Assembly (NCBI GenBank): GCA_963674745.2
Contig: CAXXDV010000001.1
Coordinates: 2,496,001 to 2,560,000 of the forward strand
Direction: 5' to 3'
DNA length: 64,000 nucleotides
Source: Desulfosudaceae bacterium
GTDB lineage: Bacteria > Desulfobacterota > Desulfobacteria > Desulfobacterales > Desulfosudaceae
Position 1 is the first letter of the stretch. Each line of letters opens with the position of its first letter. The notes beneath the pieces were generated by a model. The model was not told where the DNA came from. It saw only the letters and a program-made list of their open reading frames with translations, and did no database searches. Below, piece after piece: positions 48,190 through 57,517 of the stretch. The translations under genes were made by a program, and so were the position numbers.

Positions 48190-48504
48190 GTGAAAACCGG
48201 AACTGAGGGAGATAACACAGCCAAAAAAAATATCATAGATGATGTTTTGCATATCCTGGAGGAAATGACTTGTGACTGGGATCTGGAGCTTGACGGAGCT
48301 TTAGGCCAGGACACCAGACTCATCGCTGATCTTGAATTTGCTTCAATAGACATCGTGCAGTTTCTCGTCGCCATCGAAGAACACTATCAGCGCCGGGAAT
48401 TCCCCTTCGAGGAACTTGTCATGAAAGACGGCAGATATGTCGACGAAATCCTGGTAGATGACGTCATCACTTTTTTAGACAACCATCTGAACAGGTCATC
48501 CTGA
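48190..48504 (+). CDS. Stand-alone acyl carrier protein
   Basis: Acidic 104-aa protein with TRLIADLEFASIDIVQF; the Ser is at the expected phosphopantetheine position. Confidence 0.82.
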   Translation: MKTGTEGDNTAKKNIIDDVLHILEEMTCDWDLELDGALGQDTRLIADLEFASIDIVQFLVAIEEHYQRREFPFEELVMKDGRYVDEILVDDVITFLDNHLNRSS

Positions 48505-48513
48505 GGAGGCATA

Positions 48514-50118
48514 ATGAATCGAACAGTATTAATCGGACTTGATGGCGCCACCTTTACCATTCTTGACCCCCTAATGAACAACGGCGTTATGCCTTTCCTC
48601 AAGAAGTTTGTTGAGCAGGGTGTGCGGGCCGGGCTGATGTCCACCACCAATCCCCTCACGCCGCCGGCCTGGACCACATTGATGACAGGCCGCAGTCCGG
48701 GCAATCATGGTGTGTTTGATTTTATCTGGGCGGAGGAACGGGAGACCAACCATTATTTTACGCTTTACAATTTTCGTGACATCCGTTGTGAAACCATCTG
48801 GTCTATTGTCAGCAGGCAGAACGGGGAAGTGTGCTCGCTCAATTTCCCTTTTATGGCGCCGCCACCGTCTGATGCCGGGTATATCGTTCCGGGGCTGGTC
48901 TCATGGAAACACCTGCGCCTTAATGTGTCCCCTGCAGAGCTGTTTCCGAAATTGAAGGAAATTGAGGGCTTCAATGCCAAAGAACTGGCCTGGGATTTTG
49001 ACATGGAGGATAAGGCGGCCAAGGGCGTTCCAAAAGAGGATTTCGAAAACTGGGTTGATTTTCATATCCGTCGAGAGAAGCAGTGGTTTAACATCGCGCG
49101 TCATATTATGAAGAACGACCCCCGCGATCTGATGGCCATCCTCTTTGACGGACCGGACAAGCTTTTACACATGGGTTGGCGTTTTCTTGACCCGAACTTA
49201 TTCCCCGAAAACCCGTCTGCCTGGGAGCAGAAAATTCGTGATTTATGCCTGGATTACTTTCGCGAACTGGACGGCTTTATTGAAGAAATCGCAGACATTG
49301 CCGGGCCTGATGCAAGAATATTTATCGCCTCCGATCATGGTTTCGGGCCTTCATGGCATGTTTTTCGTGTCAATACATGGCTGCAAAGCCAGGGATATCT
49401 GACCTGGCTGGATCTTGATGCAATGAATGAGAAAGACAGGAAAAGCGCTGAAAAAGTCGCCCAGAAGCATTTTGTCATGCTGGACTGGGACAAGACGACG
49501 GCTTACGCCCGGACGATTACGTCCAACGGTATTTATATACGTGTGGCCAAAGGCCCGAATCAAACAGGGGTGCCGCCTGAAAAATATGAGGCGTTCAGAA
49601 AGGAGCTGATGGAAAAGCTGCTGGCTGTCCGGGACCCTGAAACCGGCAAGCCGGTTGTCAAGCGGATTTTAACCAGGGAGGAAGCATACCCCGGCACCAA
49701 CAATGAACAGGCGCCTGACCTGCTGCTGGCCATGGATGATTGCAGCTTTTTATCTATTTTCAACAAGAGCCCTGTTATTTATAAGCGACCGGAGGTTGAA
49801 GGCACCCATTATCCTGAAGGCGTGTTTATGGCCAGGGGGCCGGGCATCTCTAAAGGCGCTTCACTATCCAGGCTTTCCATCATTGATGTCGCGCCGGCAC
49901 TTCTGCACAGTCTCGGTCTGAAGATACCTTCTGATTTTGAAGGCGGTGTGCCCACCGGGGCCTTTGACGCTTCGTTTTTAAAGTCGCATCCGCCGACTGG
50001 GGGTGAACCGACCAGGCCGGTAGAAACCTTTACCACCCAGGGCGAAAAATCAAAAGCGGATAAAGCAGAGGAAGATCATATCTATAAACAAATGAAAGCC
50101 CTGGGATATATGGAGTAA
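48514..50118 (+). CDS. Alkaline phosphatase superfamily protein (type I phosphodiesterase/nucleotide pyrophosphatase-like)
   Basis: Motifs IGLDGAT, PLTPPAWTTLMTG..HG, DKLLH, SDHGF, GTH..EG and C-terminal KALGY. Confidence 0.88.
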   Translation: MNRTVLIGLDGATFTILDPLMNNGVMPFLKKFVEQGVRAGLMSTTNPLTPPAWTTLMTGRSPGNHGVFDFIWAEERETNHYFTLYNFRDIRCETIWSIVSRQNGEVCSLNFPFMAPPPSDAGYIVPGLVSWKHLRLNVSPAELFPKLKEIEGFNAKELAWDFDMEDKAAKGVPKEDFENWVDFHIRREKQWFNIARHIMKNDPRDLMAILFDGPDKLLHMGWRFLDPNLFPENPSAWEQKIRDLCLDYFRELDGFIEEIADIAGPDARIFIASDHGFGPSWHVFRVNTWLQSQGYLTWLDLDAMNEKDRKSAEKVAQKHFVMLDWDKTTAYARTITSNGIYIRVAKGPNQTGVPPEKYEAFRKELMEKLLAVRDPETGKPVVKRILTREEAYPGTNNEQAPDLLLAMDDCSFLSIFNKSPVIYKRPEVEGTHYPEGVFMARGPGISKGASLSRLSIIDVAPALLHSLGLKIPSDFEGGVPTGAFDASFLKSHPPTGGEPTRPVETFTTQGEKSKADKAEEDHIYKQMKALGYME

Positions 50119-50130
50119 GAGGCTGTCTGT

Positions 50131-51342
50131 ATGGGTTCGGTTAACTGCAAAGGTGTAACGATCAATTACCGGACCGTGGGAAAAGGTGAAGATGTCGTCT
50201 TGATCCACGGACTGGGCGCAAATTGCGCTTTCTGGCACCTTAATGTCCTTCTCTCCCTTAGCAGGAAATACAGGGTCACGGTCTATGACCTTCGGGGGCA
50301 CGGATACAGCTCCATGCCATTATCCGGTTATACCACCGTTGACATGGCGGAAGACCTCCACTGTCTGCTCAATCACCTGGGGATTAAAAAAGCCCATCTG
50401 GTGGGTCACAGCCTGGGGGGGGGCATTGCGTTGCAGTACGCGGTTTTGTTTCCTGACCAGGTTGCCAGCCTGATTGTCGCAGATGCCAGAATACGCTCCA
50501 TTCAGCCGACGCATTTTGCCAGGGATTGGCCGAATTGGAGAACTGTAAAAAAACATCTGGAAAATATCGGGCTTTCCATTCCCGAGGATGAATCCGAAGC
50601 CGGTATATGGCTGTTGGAAAAACTGGCTTCGCCTGAATGGCAGCGGAACAGGCATAAACTGAAAGGGCGAAGCCTTTTTGTCCCATTCAGCAAGTGGGGT
50701 GGGGGCAATAGCACGGCCGAGAAGTTTCTGGCCATGTTATACGGTACATCGGCCAGACAGGAATTGAATTTGCCTGACGGATTGACGCTGGACCGACTGG
50801 CCGGTATCCGGCAACCGGCCCTGCTGATGTATGGGGAAAATTCTCCATCGCTGTCGTCGTTACATGGTTTGAGACAGCACCTGCCGGCCTCTCGAAGTGT
50901 TGTTGTCACCGGCGCAGGGCATTTTTTCCCTCTTTCACGGGCGAAATTTTTTGTGGGTATCGCCGAGCGTTTTTTAGACATGGTGTGTAAAAATGAGCGC
51001 AGGCTGTATGAACGAGTCCCCTGCAGCTTCCTGGTGGGGATCAGGGCAAAAGGGGCGGAACGGTTTCCAGCCGAGGTCCTGAATATATCCAGCCAGGGGC
51101 TTTTATTAAAGAGTTCAAAAAAACTGGAGATAGGCAGTGGCGTTGAAATCATTACCGGCTTGTCCCATGCCTACGACATATCCACTGAAGGCAGAATCGT
51201 AAGAGCCATACATGATAATGATGGCGAAAGACTGTTGGGTATCGAGCTGGATTTGCATGAAGATGCGGGGCTGGTGTGGAATAGTCTTCTAGCGGAACAG
51301 CTGGGGACCAACCTTACGGACATTTTGCCGAATGGCACTTAG
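50131..51342 (+). CDS. Alpha/beta hydrolase with C-terminal PilZ domain
   Basis: Hydrolase motifs IHGLG, DLRGHG, GHSLGG and GHFFP, then RLYER (RxxxR) and NISSQG. Confidence 0.85.
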   Translation: MGSVNCKGVTINYRTVGKGEDVVLIHGLGANCAFWHLNVLLSLSRKYRVTVYDLRGHGYSSMPLSGYTTVDMAEDLHCLLNHLGIKKAHLVGHSLGGGIALQYAVLFPDQVASLIVADARIRSIQPTHFARDWPNWRTVKKHLENIGLSIPEDESEAGIWLLEKLASPEWQRNRHKLKGRSLFVPFSKWGGGNSTAEKFLAMLYGTSARQELNLPDGLTLDRLAGIRQPALLMYGENSPSLSSLHGLRQHLPASRSVVVTGAGHFFPLSRAKFFVGIAERFLDMVCKNERRLYERVPCSFLVGIRAKGAERFPAEVLNISSQGLLLKSSKKLEIGSGVEIITGLSHAYDISTEGRIVRAIHDNDGERLLGIELDLHEDAGLVWNSLLAEQLGTNLTDILPNGT

Positions 51343-51469
51343 GCATCCGGGCATGAAAACCGGTTAAGGTCGAATTCGTCAGCGGCTAACCTGTATCCGA
51401 GGCGTTACAGCCGGCAGCCTTCGAATCCGAGAACGGCGGGAAACCGCATTATATATCCGGGGTGAAAAT

Positions 51470-52504
51470 GTGAAAAAGTGTTTTTTTTTCTGGTTTGCAA
51501 TATCTTTAATCATGCTTTCCAATTATGAGGTAGCGGCTTTGGCCAAAAATGAGCTTATTCAGTTTCGCAAGCCGGTTAAATCGATACGGCACCGCCTGAT
51601 TCCGCCAAAAGCGTTTTCCTATGGTGCCGGTGATTACCGCAGAACCTTAAAAGGGGATTTTGGAAACCGGTTTTATGATATCCATGTGCCTCCCTCATAT
51701 CACAAGGAAAAGCCTGCTCCCCTGGTGATGGTTTTCCACGGCGGCGGCGGTGATCCCGGGAGCGTGAGGTATGAATCCGATATGGACAGTACTTCCGACA
51801 GGAACGGCTTTATTGTCGTCTATCCGGCCGGAACGCCCACCAGAATGCTTTTCAAAGACAGGTTGTTGATTTGGAATGACGGCCGTGCTTTTAAAAACGG
51901 TGAACACAGTGAGGTTGATGATGTCGCCTATGTCGATGCCTTACTCGAAGACCTGTCGCAACTGTTCAATGTGGATAAAAAGCGGATATATGCCTGCGGT
52001 TATTCAAACGGTGCCCAGTTAACCTTCCGGCTGGCAAAAAGACGTTCTGATGCAATCGCGGCGATTGCGGTCGTCGCCGGGCAGAGACCGCCCGAAGACG
52101 CTTATGACCCGGTTCCGTCGAGGCCGATTCCTTTGATGCAGTTCGCCGGCGTAGGGGACACTTTCAGCCCGTATGAGGGGGGAAAACCGCCAAAAGACGC
52201 GGCCTTTAAAGCCGAAATTAAACCTGTACGGCAGACGGTTAAAGCGTGGGCTGATTTTAATAAATGTAAGCCGGAACCGGTTGAAGAAAAACGGATCGGC
52301 AATGCCGTGATGCGGCGCTATGGGTATTGTCAGTCAGGCGCTGAGGTGGTTTTCTGGACGCTTGAAGACGGTGGCCATACATGGCCGGGCGGCAGGGTAA
52401 CGCCGAATGTAGAAGCTTTGGGGTTGGGGAGCCTGGGGAAAGTGAACACGGATATTAATGCCTCGGATTTAATGTGGGCTTTTTTTAAGAAATATTCCCT
52501 TTAA
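51470..52504 (+). CDS. Exported esterase, PHB-depolymerase/LpqC-like
   Basis: Signal peptide; motifs FHGGGG, VYPAG, DDVAY, GYSNG and GGHTWPG. Confidence 0.85.
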   Translation: MKKCFFFWFAISLIMLSNYEVAALAKNELIQFRKPVKSIRHRLIPPKAFSYGAGDYRRTLKGDFGNRFYDIHVPPSYHKEKPAPLVMVFHGGGGDPGSVRYESDMDSTSDRNGFIVVYPAGTPTRMLFKDRLLIWNDGRAFKNGEHSEVDDVAYVDALLEDLSQLFNVDKKRIYACGYSNGAQLTFRLAKRRSDAIAAIAVVAGQRPPEDAYDPVPSRPIPLMQFAGVGDTFSPYEGGKPPKDAAFKAEIKPVRQTVKAWADFNKCKPEPVEEKRIGNAVMRRYGYCQSGAEVVFWTLEDGGHTWPGGRVTPNVEALGLGSLGKVNTDINASDLMWAFFKKYSL

Positions 52505-52584
52505 CAGGCAACAGTGTTTTTCCTTTGCACATCGGCAGGCCTGTGGCCGGAATGTGCCGGACTTATTTTGTGGGTTTTTGAAAA

Positions 52585-53775
52585 ATGAGCCACAGCGCTT
52601 TATCTGGTATCCGGGTGGTTGACTTAACCCATTATACGGCCGGGCCGTATTGCACCAAATTGATGTCGGGATTTGGTGCCGAGGTCGTCAAGGTGGAACG
52701 GCCTTTAACAGGCGATGCCATGCGGTCTTTCGGCCCCTTTTTTCAGGACAGGCAAGACGTTGAGACAAGTATCCCTTTTTTATGGCTGAACACCGGTAAG
52801 AAAAGTGTGACCCTGGATTTTAAAACAGAAAAAGGCCGGGAAGTTTTAAAAGACCTTATCCGGGAGGCCGATGTGGTGGTTGAAAGTTTCTCTCCCGGTG
52901 TCATGCAGCGGCTTGGCCTGGATTATGAAACAGTCAGAAAGCTTAAACCGGGTATTGTTATGACATCGATTTCCAATTTTGGACAATCGGGGCCGTATAA
53001 AGACTTCAAGGCCGATGAAATAACGCTGAATGCCCTAAGCGGCGGCATGTCTGTGACGGGCGAACCGGAAAAAGAACCGCTTGCCGCAGGACCGTCCATT
53101 TATCAGTATACAGCAGGGCAACACGCCTATATCGGAACGCTTATGGCCCTTTTTCAGAAGGGCGTTGACGGAAAAGGGCAATATGTCGATGTGTCCATTC
53201 AGGAGAGCGGATTGGAACATATCGAAATTTTATTGTCATATAACCTGCAAAAGGGAGAAAACAAAAAAAGAGGCGGACATATGTTTGTCCCATGGGCCAC
53301 CTATGATTGTCAGGATGGATATGCCGCCGTTATTGCCATGCCCTATCGCCATTGGCACCGGGCCGCCGAAATTTTTAAAGACCCCGTTCTTTTTGACGAA
53401 AAATATGATCACCTGCTGAACAGAATAAAAGACCGCACTGAATATGAAACGCGGTTAAAGGCCTGTGTAAAAACCATGCCCAAAAAAGACCTTTTTCACG
53501 CCGGCCAGGCCCGTCAACTTGCCTTTGGATATATTGCCGATCTTAAAGACGTGACTGAATCACCCCAGCATGAGGCCCGGCGCTTTTTTAAGGAAATCGA
53601 TCATCCGATGACCGGAAAACATAAATACTGCGACGCGCCCTTTATGATGTCGGAGACGCCCTGGAAATCATTGCGCGCGCCGTTTTTGGGGGAGCATAAC
53701 GACGAGATATTCAAGGGGCTTCTCGGCTATGGTGAGGATGAAATAAAACAGTTGTCGGAACGGGAAATAATATGA
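52585..53775 (+). CDS. Family III (CaiB/BaiF) CoA-transferase subunit, catalytic Asp apparently replaced
   Basis: Motifs LSGIRVVDLT..AGP, GAEVVKVE, NTGKKS, FGQSGPY, GQYVDVS and APFLGEHN. Confidence 0.9.
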   Translation: MSHSALSGIRVVDLTHYTAGPYCTKLMSGFGAEVVKVERPLTGDAMRSFGPFFQDRQDVETSIPFLWLNTGKKSVTLDFKTEKGREVLKDLIREADVVVESFSPGVMQRLGLDYETVRKLKPGIVMTSISNFGQSGPYKDFKADEITLNALSGGMSVTGEPEKEPLAAGPSIYQYTAGQHAYIGTLMALFQKGVDGKGQYVDVSIQESGLEHIEILLSYNLQKGENKKRGGHMFVPWATYDCQDGYAAVIAMPYRHWHRAAEIFKDPVLFDEKYDHLLNRIKDRTEYETRLKACVKTMPKKDLFHAGQARQLAFGYIADLKDVTESPQHEARRFFKEIDHPMTGKHKYCDAPFMMSETPWKSLRAPFLGEHNDEIFKGLLGYGEDEIKQLSEREII

Positions 53776-54986
53776 AAAGAAAACGGCCCTTAACCGGTAT
53801 TCGTGTTCTGGATTTGTCCCACAGCTGGGCGGCCCCGCATTGTGGCAGAATCCTGGCGGACTTCGGCGCCGAGGTGATCAAGGTCGAGTATATCAGAAGG
53901 CTCTGCCTTCTTCGGGGGGCAAAAAAAGACCCGCAGATATATAACAATCACCCCGGCTGGCTGCAGGTGAACAGAAACAAATATGCCATCACGTTAGACT
54001 TGAAAGAAACGGGCGATCGTGAGATATTTATAAATCTCATCAGGATTTCCGATGTGCTGATCACGAATTCAAGGACCGGTGTCATGGAAAAGCTTGGCTT
54101 CGGGTATGCCGATATTATCAAGATTAAAAAAGATTTAATCGTCCTGTCCATGTCTTCTTTCGGAAACACGGGGCCATATGCTTATTATTCGGGATACGGT
54201 GCTGTCTTTGAAGCCGTTGGCGGCATTAACAGCCTTACCGCTTATGATAAGGACAGCCGGCCCTGCCGGATCAAGGAAGTTGATGTCACAAACGGCTCGG
54301 CCGGCGCAAGCGCCGTAATGACGGCACTTATTTATCGTCAAAAAACAGGGCGGGGACAATATATCGACCTGTCACAGCTTGAAGCCGCCACCCATGCAAC
54401 TATAGGTGAACATTTACTGGCATTTGAAATGGACGCGGAACAGACCCTGCCGAACGGTAACCGGCATTGGAAGTATGCGCCCCGGGGATGCTACCGGTGT
54501 AAAGGGGATGATAAATGGGTCGTTATTACTGTCCGGTCAGAGGGTCAATGGGAACGGTTTTGTGACGTTCTGGGACATCCCGAGTGGAAAACGGATGGAC
54601 GGTTTATGTCCGTTTCGCAAAGGATTGTCAACCATGATGAATTGGACAAATTGATTGATACCTGGACCGGTGTGCGTGAAAACATGGAAGTCATGACCCT
54701 GCTTCAGGAAAATAATATTTGTGCCGGTGCGGTACTTGATGTGGAAGACCTCGGCGGAAATCGTCACCTGATTGATAGAGATTACTTTGTTTGTGAAGAA
54801 GAATCCTCTGATATGCGTTTTTTGGGGATGCCTTTTGTTTTGTCCCGGGGCGCCGGGAGGGTCGCATGGCGCGGGCCTGCACTGGGCAGTCATAACGAAC
54901 ATGTCCTGTGTGATTTACTTGGGATGTCAAAAAAAGATGTCAGGCCTTTGACGGCAAATGAGGTCGGCACAGCCTTTGATAAATAG
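53772..54986 (+). CDS. Family III (CaiB/BaiF) CoA-transferase subunit
   Basis: Motifs LTGIRVLDLS..AAP, LADFGAEVIKVE, NRNK, FGNTGPY and GRGQYIDLS; ATGA overlap with the preceding gene. Confidence 0.9.
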   Translation: MKRKRPLTGIRVLDLSHSWAAPHCGRILADFGAEVIKVEYIRRLCLLRGAKKDPQIYNNHPGWLQVNRNKYAITLDLKETGDREIFINLIRISDVLITNSRTGVMEKLGFGYADIIKIKKDLIVLSMSSFGNTGPYAYYSGYGAVFEAVGGINSLTAYDKDSRPCRIKEVDVTNGSAGASAVMTALIYRQKTGRGQYIDLSQLEAATHATIGEHLLAFEMDAEQTLPNGNRHWKYAPRGCYRCKGDDKWVVITVRSEGQWERFCDVLGHPEWKTDGRFMSVSQRIVNHDELDKLIDTWTGVRENMEVMTLLQENNICAGAVLDVEDLGGNRHLIDRDYFVCEEESSDMRFLGMPFVLSRGAGRVAWRGPALGSHNEHVLCDLLGMSKKDVRPLTANEVGTAFDK

Positions 54987-55078
54987 TCGTTCATAACACG
55001 ATTGCTGCTTGTGCGATTACGGGAGACGTTTATTCAATTAATCCTGTGCAACAGGATGTGAACCGGTAACGGAAAATC

Positions 55079-57418
55079 ATGTATAGCAAAACGGTAAGGA
55101 ATAATGCATGCTCCGGGCTTGACCGCTGGAGTTTCCGAAAGGTGGGGCCGAACGGTCTGGGCGACCCTTATAACTGTTATCCGCATTCAATGGCCTGGTT
55201 CCAGGATCACCTTTATGTCGGCACCACCCGTGCCAACCTTGCCAGCAGGGCCAAGCAGATTCAGAGCAATACCCCTGAAAAAATGAGCAAGGTATGGCCT
55301 GTAAAAATACCCGAAAAGGCCCTGGACAGCCCGCTACGAGCCGAAATATGGCGTTATAATCCGGCTGCCGACGAGTGGCGTAACCTGTACACCGCCCCGA
55401 TGGTGATAGGCATTGACGGTTTTGAAGTGCCCATAAGCGTGGGGTTCAGATGTATGGCGGTGTTCCAGGGGCCCCGTGATTCGTCACCGGCGCTTTACGC
55501 GCCCACCTGGGCCAGTCATCAGACCCCGGCAACAATAATGCTGAAAACGACTGACGGCGTTCATTTTGAAGCGGTATCAGAGCCCGGGCTTGGAATAACC
55601 CAGAACACCCCGAGGTCGTTGCGCGGTATTGTCAGTTTTAAGGGTTACCTCTTCACCTCTCCAGTGGTCGGACAGAAAAGACTGGAACCCAATATCGCCG
55701 GAGAGGCGGTTGTCTATTGCAGCGCTGATCCGGATCATGGCGCCTGGCAGTTTGCCTGTGAAACCAGTTTCGGGGACCCGAATAACGTCAGTGTTTTTCA
55801 CATGGCCGCCTCCGACGAGTATTTTTATGCCGGAACACTTAATATTTACGAGGGATTTCAGATATGGAAAACCGATGCGGAAGGGGGGCCGCCGTTTAAA
55901 TGGAAAAAAGTCGTTTCCAATGGCGCCTATCGGGGAAAATTAAACCAGATGGGGATGACACTGGTCTATTTTAAAGGCTGTATTTTTGTGGGCAGTGCCA
56001 TACAGAATTGCAGCTGGGATCATGACTATAAAGTGGGGCCGGCAGCTCCCGAAGTCATCCGTATCAACCCGGATGACTCCTGGGATCTGATTATGGGAGA
56101 GCCGCGCATGACGCCTGAAGGCCTCAAGGTGCCTTTAAGCGGTCTGGGCCCTGGATTCAGCGATCCTTTTGCGGGTTATATCTGGTCCATGTGTGTGCAT
56201 GAAGGCTGGCTGTACGTCGGCAACGCTGTCTGGGCAAATTTTCTGCGCTATTCTGACCGGCTGGACAAACTGCCCAAGATTCTGCGTAACATACAGCACC
56301 CGGAGAATCTTGAAAAACTTCTTCAAGATTTTGGCGGTTGTGATCTGTGGCGGACCCGTGATGGCGTTAACTGGCGGCCGGTAACCATTAATGGCTTCGG
56401 TAATTGCTTTAACATCGGGTTCCGGAATATGGTTTCATCCCCTTATGGCCTTTTTGTCGGCGCAGCCAATCCGTTTGCGCCCGAGGTGGCTGTGAAGCGG
56501 ATTGCGGGCTGGAAGTATGAAGAAAACCCTGTGGGCGGACTTGAGATATGGTTCGGCTCCCATGAACATGGAAACCCGCCCGGGCGCGCGGAGAATGAAC
56601 TTGTACCCGGAAAGATAGATGACGGCCAATACGTTGTTCTTAAAGAAAATGAAAGCGACGAAGACGCGTTTGAAAGGCATATCAATACCTTTTACGGCAA
56701 CAGCAATTTCCGTCATTTCGGCATGTGGAAGATCGGCATAAATGATGCCAGGGTCGCATGCGAAAACCTGATGGGTGAGATACTGGCCTTTATTCCAGAC
56801 GAGGATGGGCGTGTCCTTGATGTCAGCTGTAACATGGGCGCTTCAACGCGTCGTTTGTCGAAAAGCTTTCCGCCTCAAGCGGTAACAGGAATCACTTCAG
56901 ATGAAGAACTGCTGGCGGTGTGTAAAAGAACGGCTCCTGAAGCAAGATTCCTTTGCGGGAAGATTTCGCGGCTGAACCTTGATGACGCTTTTTTTGATTC
57001 GGCCGTTATGATTAAAGGCTTCTACAAACTCGGGGCGAGAGCCAGGCTATTTTCGGAAATTCATCGCGTGCTGCGGCCGGGTGGACGATTTGTGGGTTTT
57101 GACGTGCTTTATGACCCCCCAAACGCAAATACCGGCTGGCGCAAACTTGATAGACGGAAGCGCCATGTTGAAAATATAGATGAATATCGGCACCTTTTGC
57201 ATGAGGCCGGGTTTGATGATATTATGTTCATCGACGTGACGGAGGCCTGTCTCAATGGTTTCCGGATGCACATGGAAAGATATTTTGCATTGAAACATAT
57301 CGGTGGTGATCTCAATGACGATATGCTGCAAAAAATAAAAGATTTTTTTAAGCCCGATAAACCTGCGGTCAGCGGGTGCTTTTTCGTATTATGCCGCAAG
57401 CCGGAAACGGGGTCGTGA
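55079..57418 (+). CDS. Fusion of a putative beta-propeller domain and a C-terminal class I methyltransferase-like domain
   Basis: Repeated G(F/L)GDPxN...M.....LY(V/A)G blades. The C-terminal part has HFGMW, LDVSCNMG and RVLRPGG. Confidence 0.7.
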   Translation: MYSKTVRNNACSGLDRWSFRKVGPNGLGDPYNCYPHSMAWFQDHLYVGTTRANLASRAKQIQSNTPEKMSKVWPVKIPEKALDSPLRAEIWRYNPAADEWRNLYTAPMVIGIDGFEVPISVGFRCMAVFQGPRDSSPALYAPTWASHQTPATIMLKTTDGVHFEAVSEPGLGITQNTPRSLRGIVSFKGYLFTSPVVGQKRLEPNIAGEAVVYCSADPDHGAWQFACETSFGDPNNVSVFHMAASDEYFYAGTLNIYEGFQIWKTDAEGGPPFKWKKVVSNGAYRGKLNQMGMTLVYFKGCIFVGSAIQNCSWDHDYKVGPAAPEVIRINPDDSWDLIMGEPRMTPEGLKVPLSGLGPGFSDPFAGYIWSMCVHEGWLYVGNAVWANFLRYSDRLDKLPKILRNIQHPENLEKLLQDFGGCDLWRTRDGVNWRPVTINGFGNCFNIGFRNMVSSPYGLFVGAANPFAPEVAVKRIAGWKYEENPVGGLEIWFGSHEHGNPPGRAENELVPGKIDDGQYVVLKENESDEDAFERHINTFYGNSNFRHFGMWKIGINDARVACENLMGEILAFIPDEDGRVLDVSCNMGASTRRLSKSFPPQAVTGITSDEELLAVCKRTAPEARFLCGKISRLNLDDAFFDSAVMIKGFYKLGARARLFSEIHRVLRPGGRFVGFDVLYDPPNANTGWRKLDRRKRHVENIDEYRHLLHEAGFDDIMFIDVTEACLNGFRMHMERYFALKHIGGDLNDDMLQKIKDFFKPDKPAVSGCFFVLCRKPETGS

Positions 57419-57517
57419 GCCTGTCGCGTAAAAATATGGCCATTCCGGCGGGCGTGATTTAATATGTGATGAATAATCGATGCATCCATGGACTGATTAT
57501 TCAAGAACTGAACAGGG

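Noticed and set aside
51343..51469. Possible c-di-GMP riboswitch in the intergenic region (GCGG-GAAA-CCGC hairpin)
   Set aside because: Only a short GNRA hairpin is evident, and the conserved two-stem GEMM pattern could not be matched. An Infernal search would settle it.
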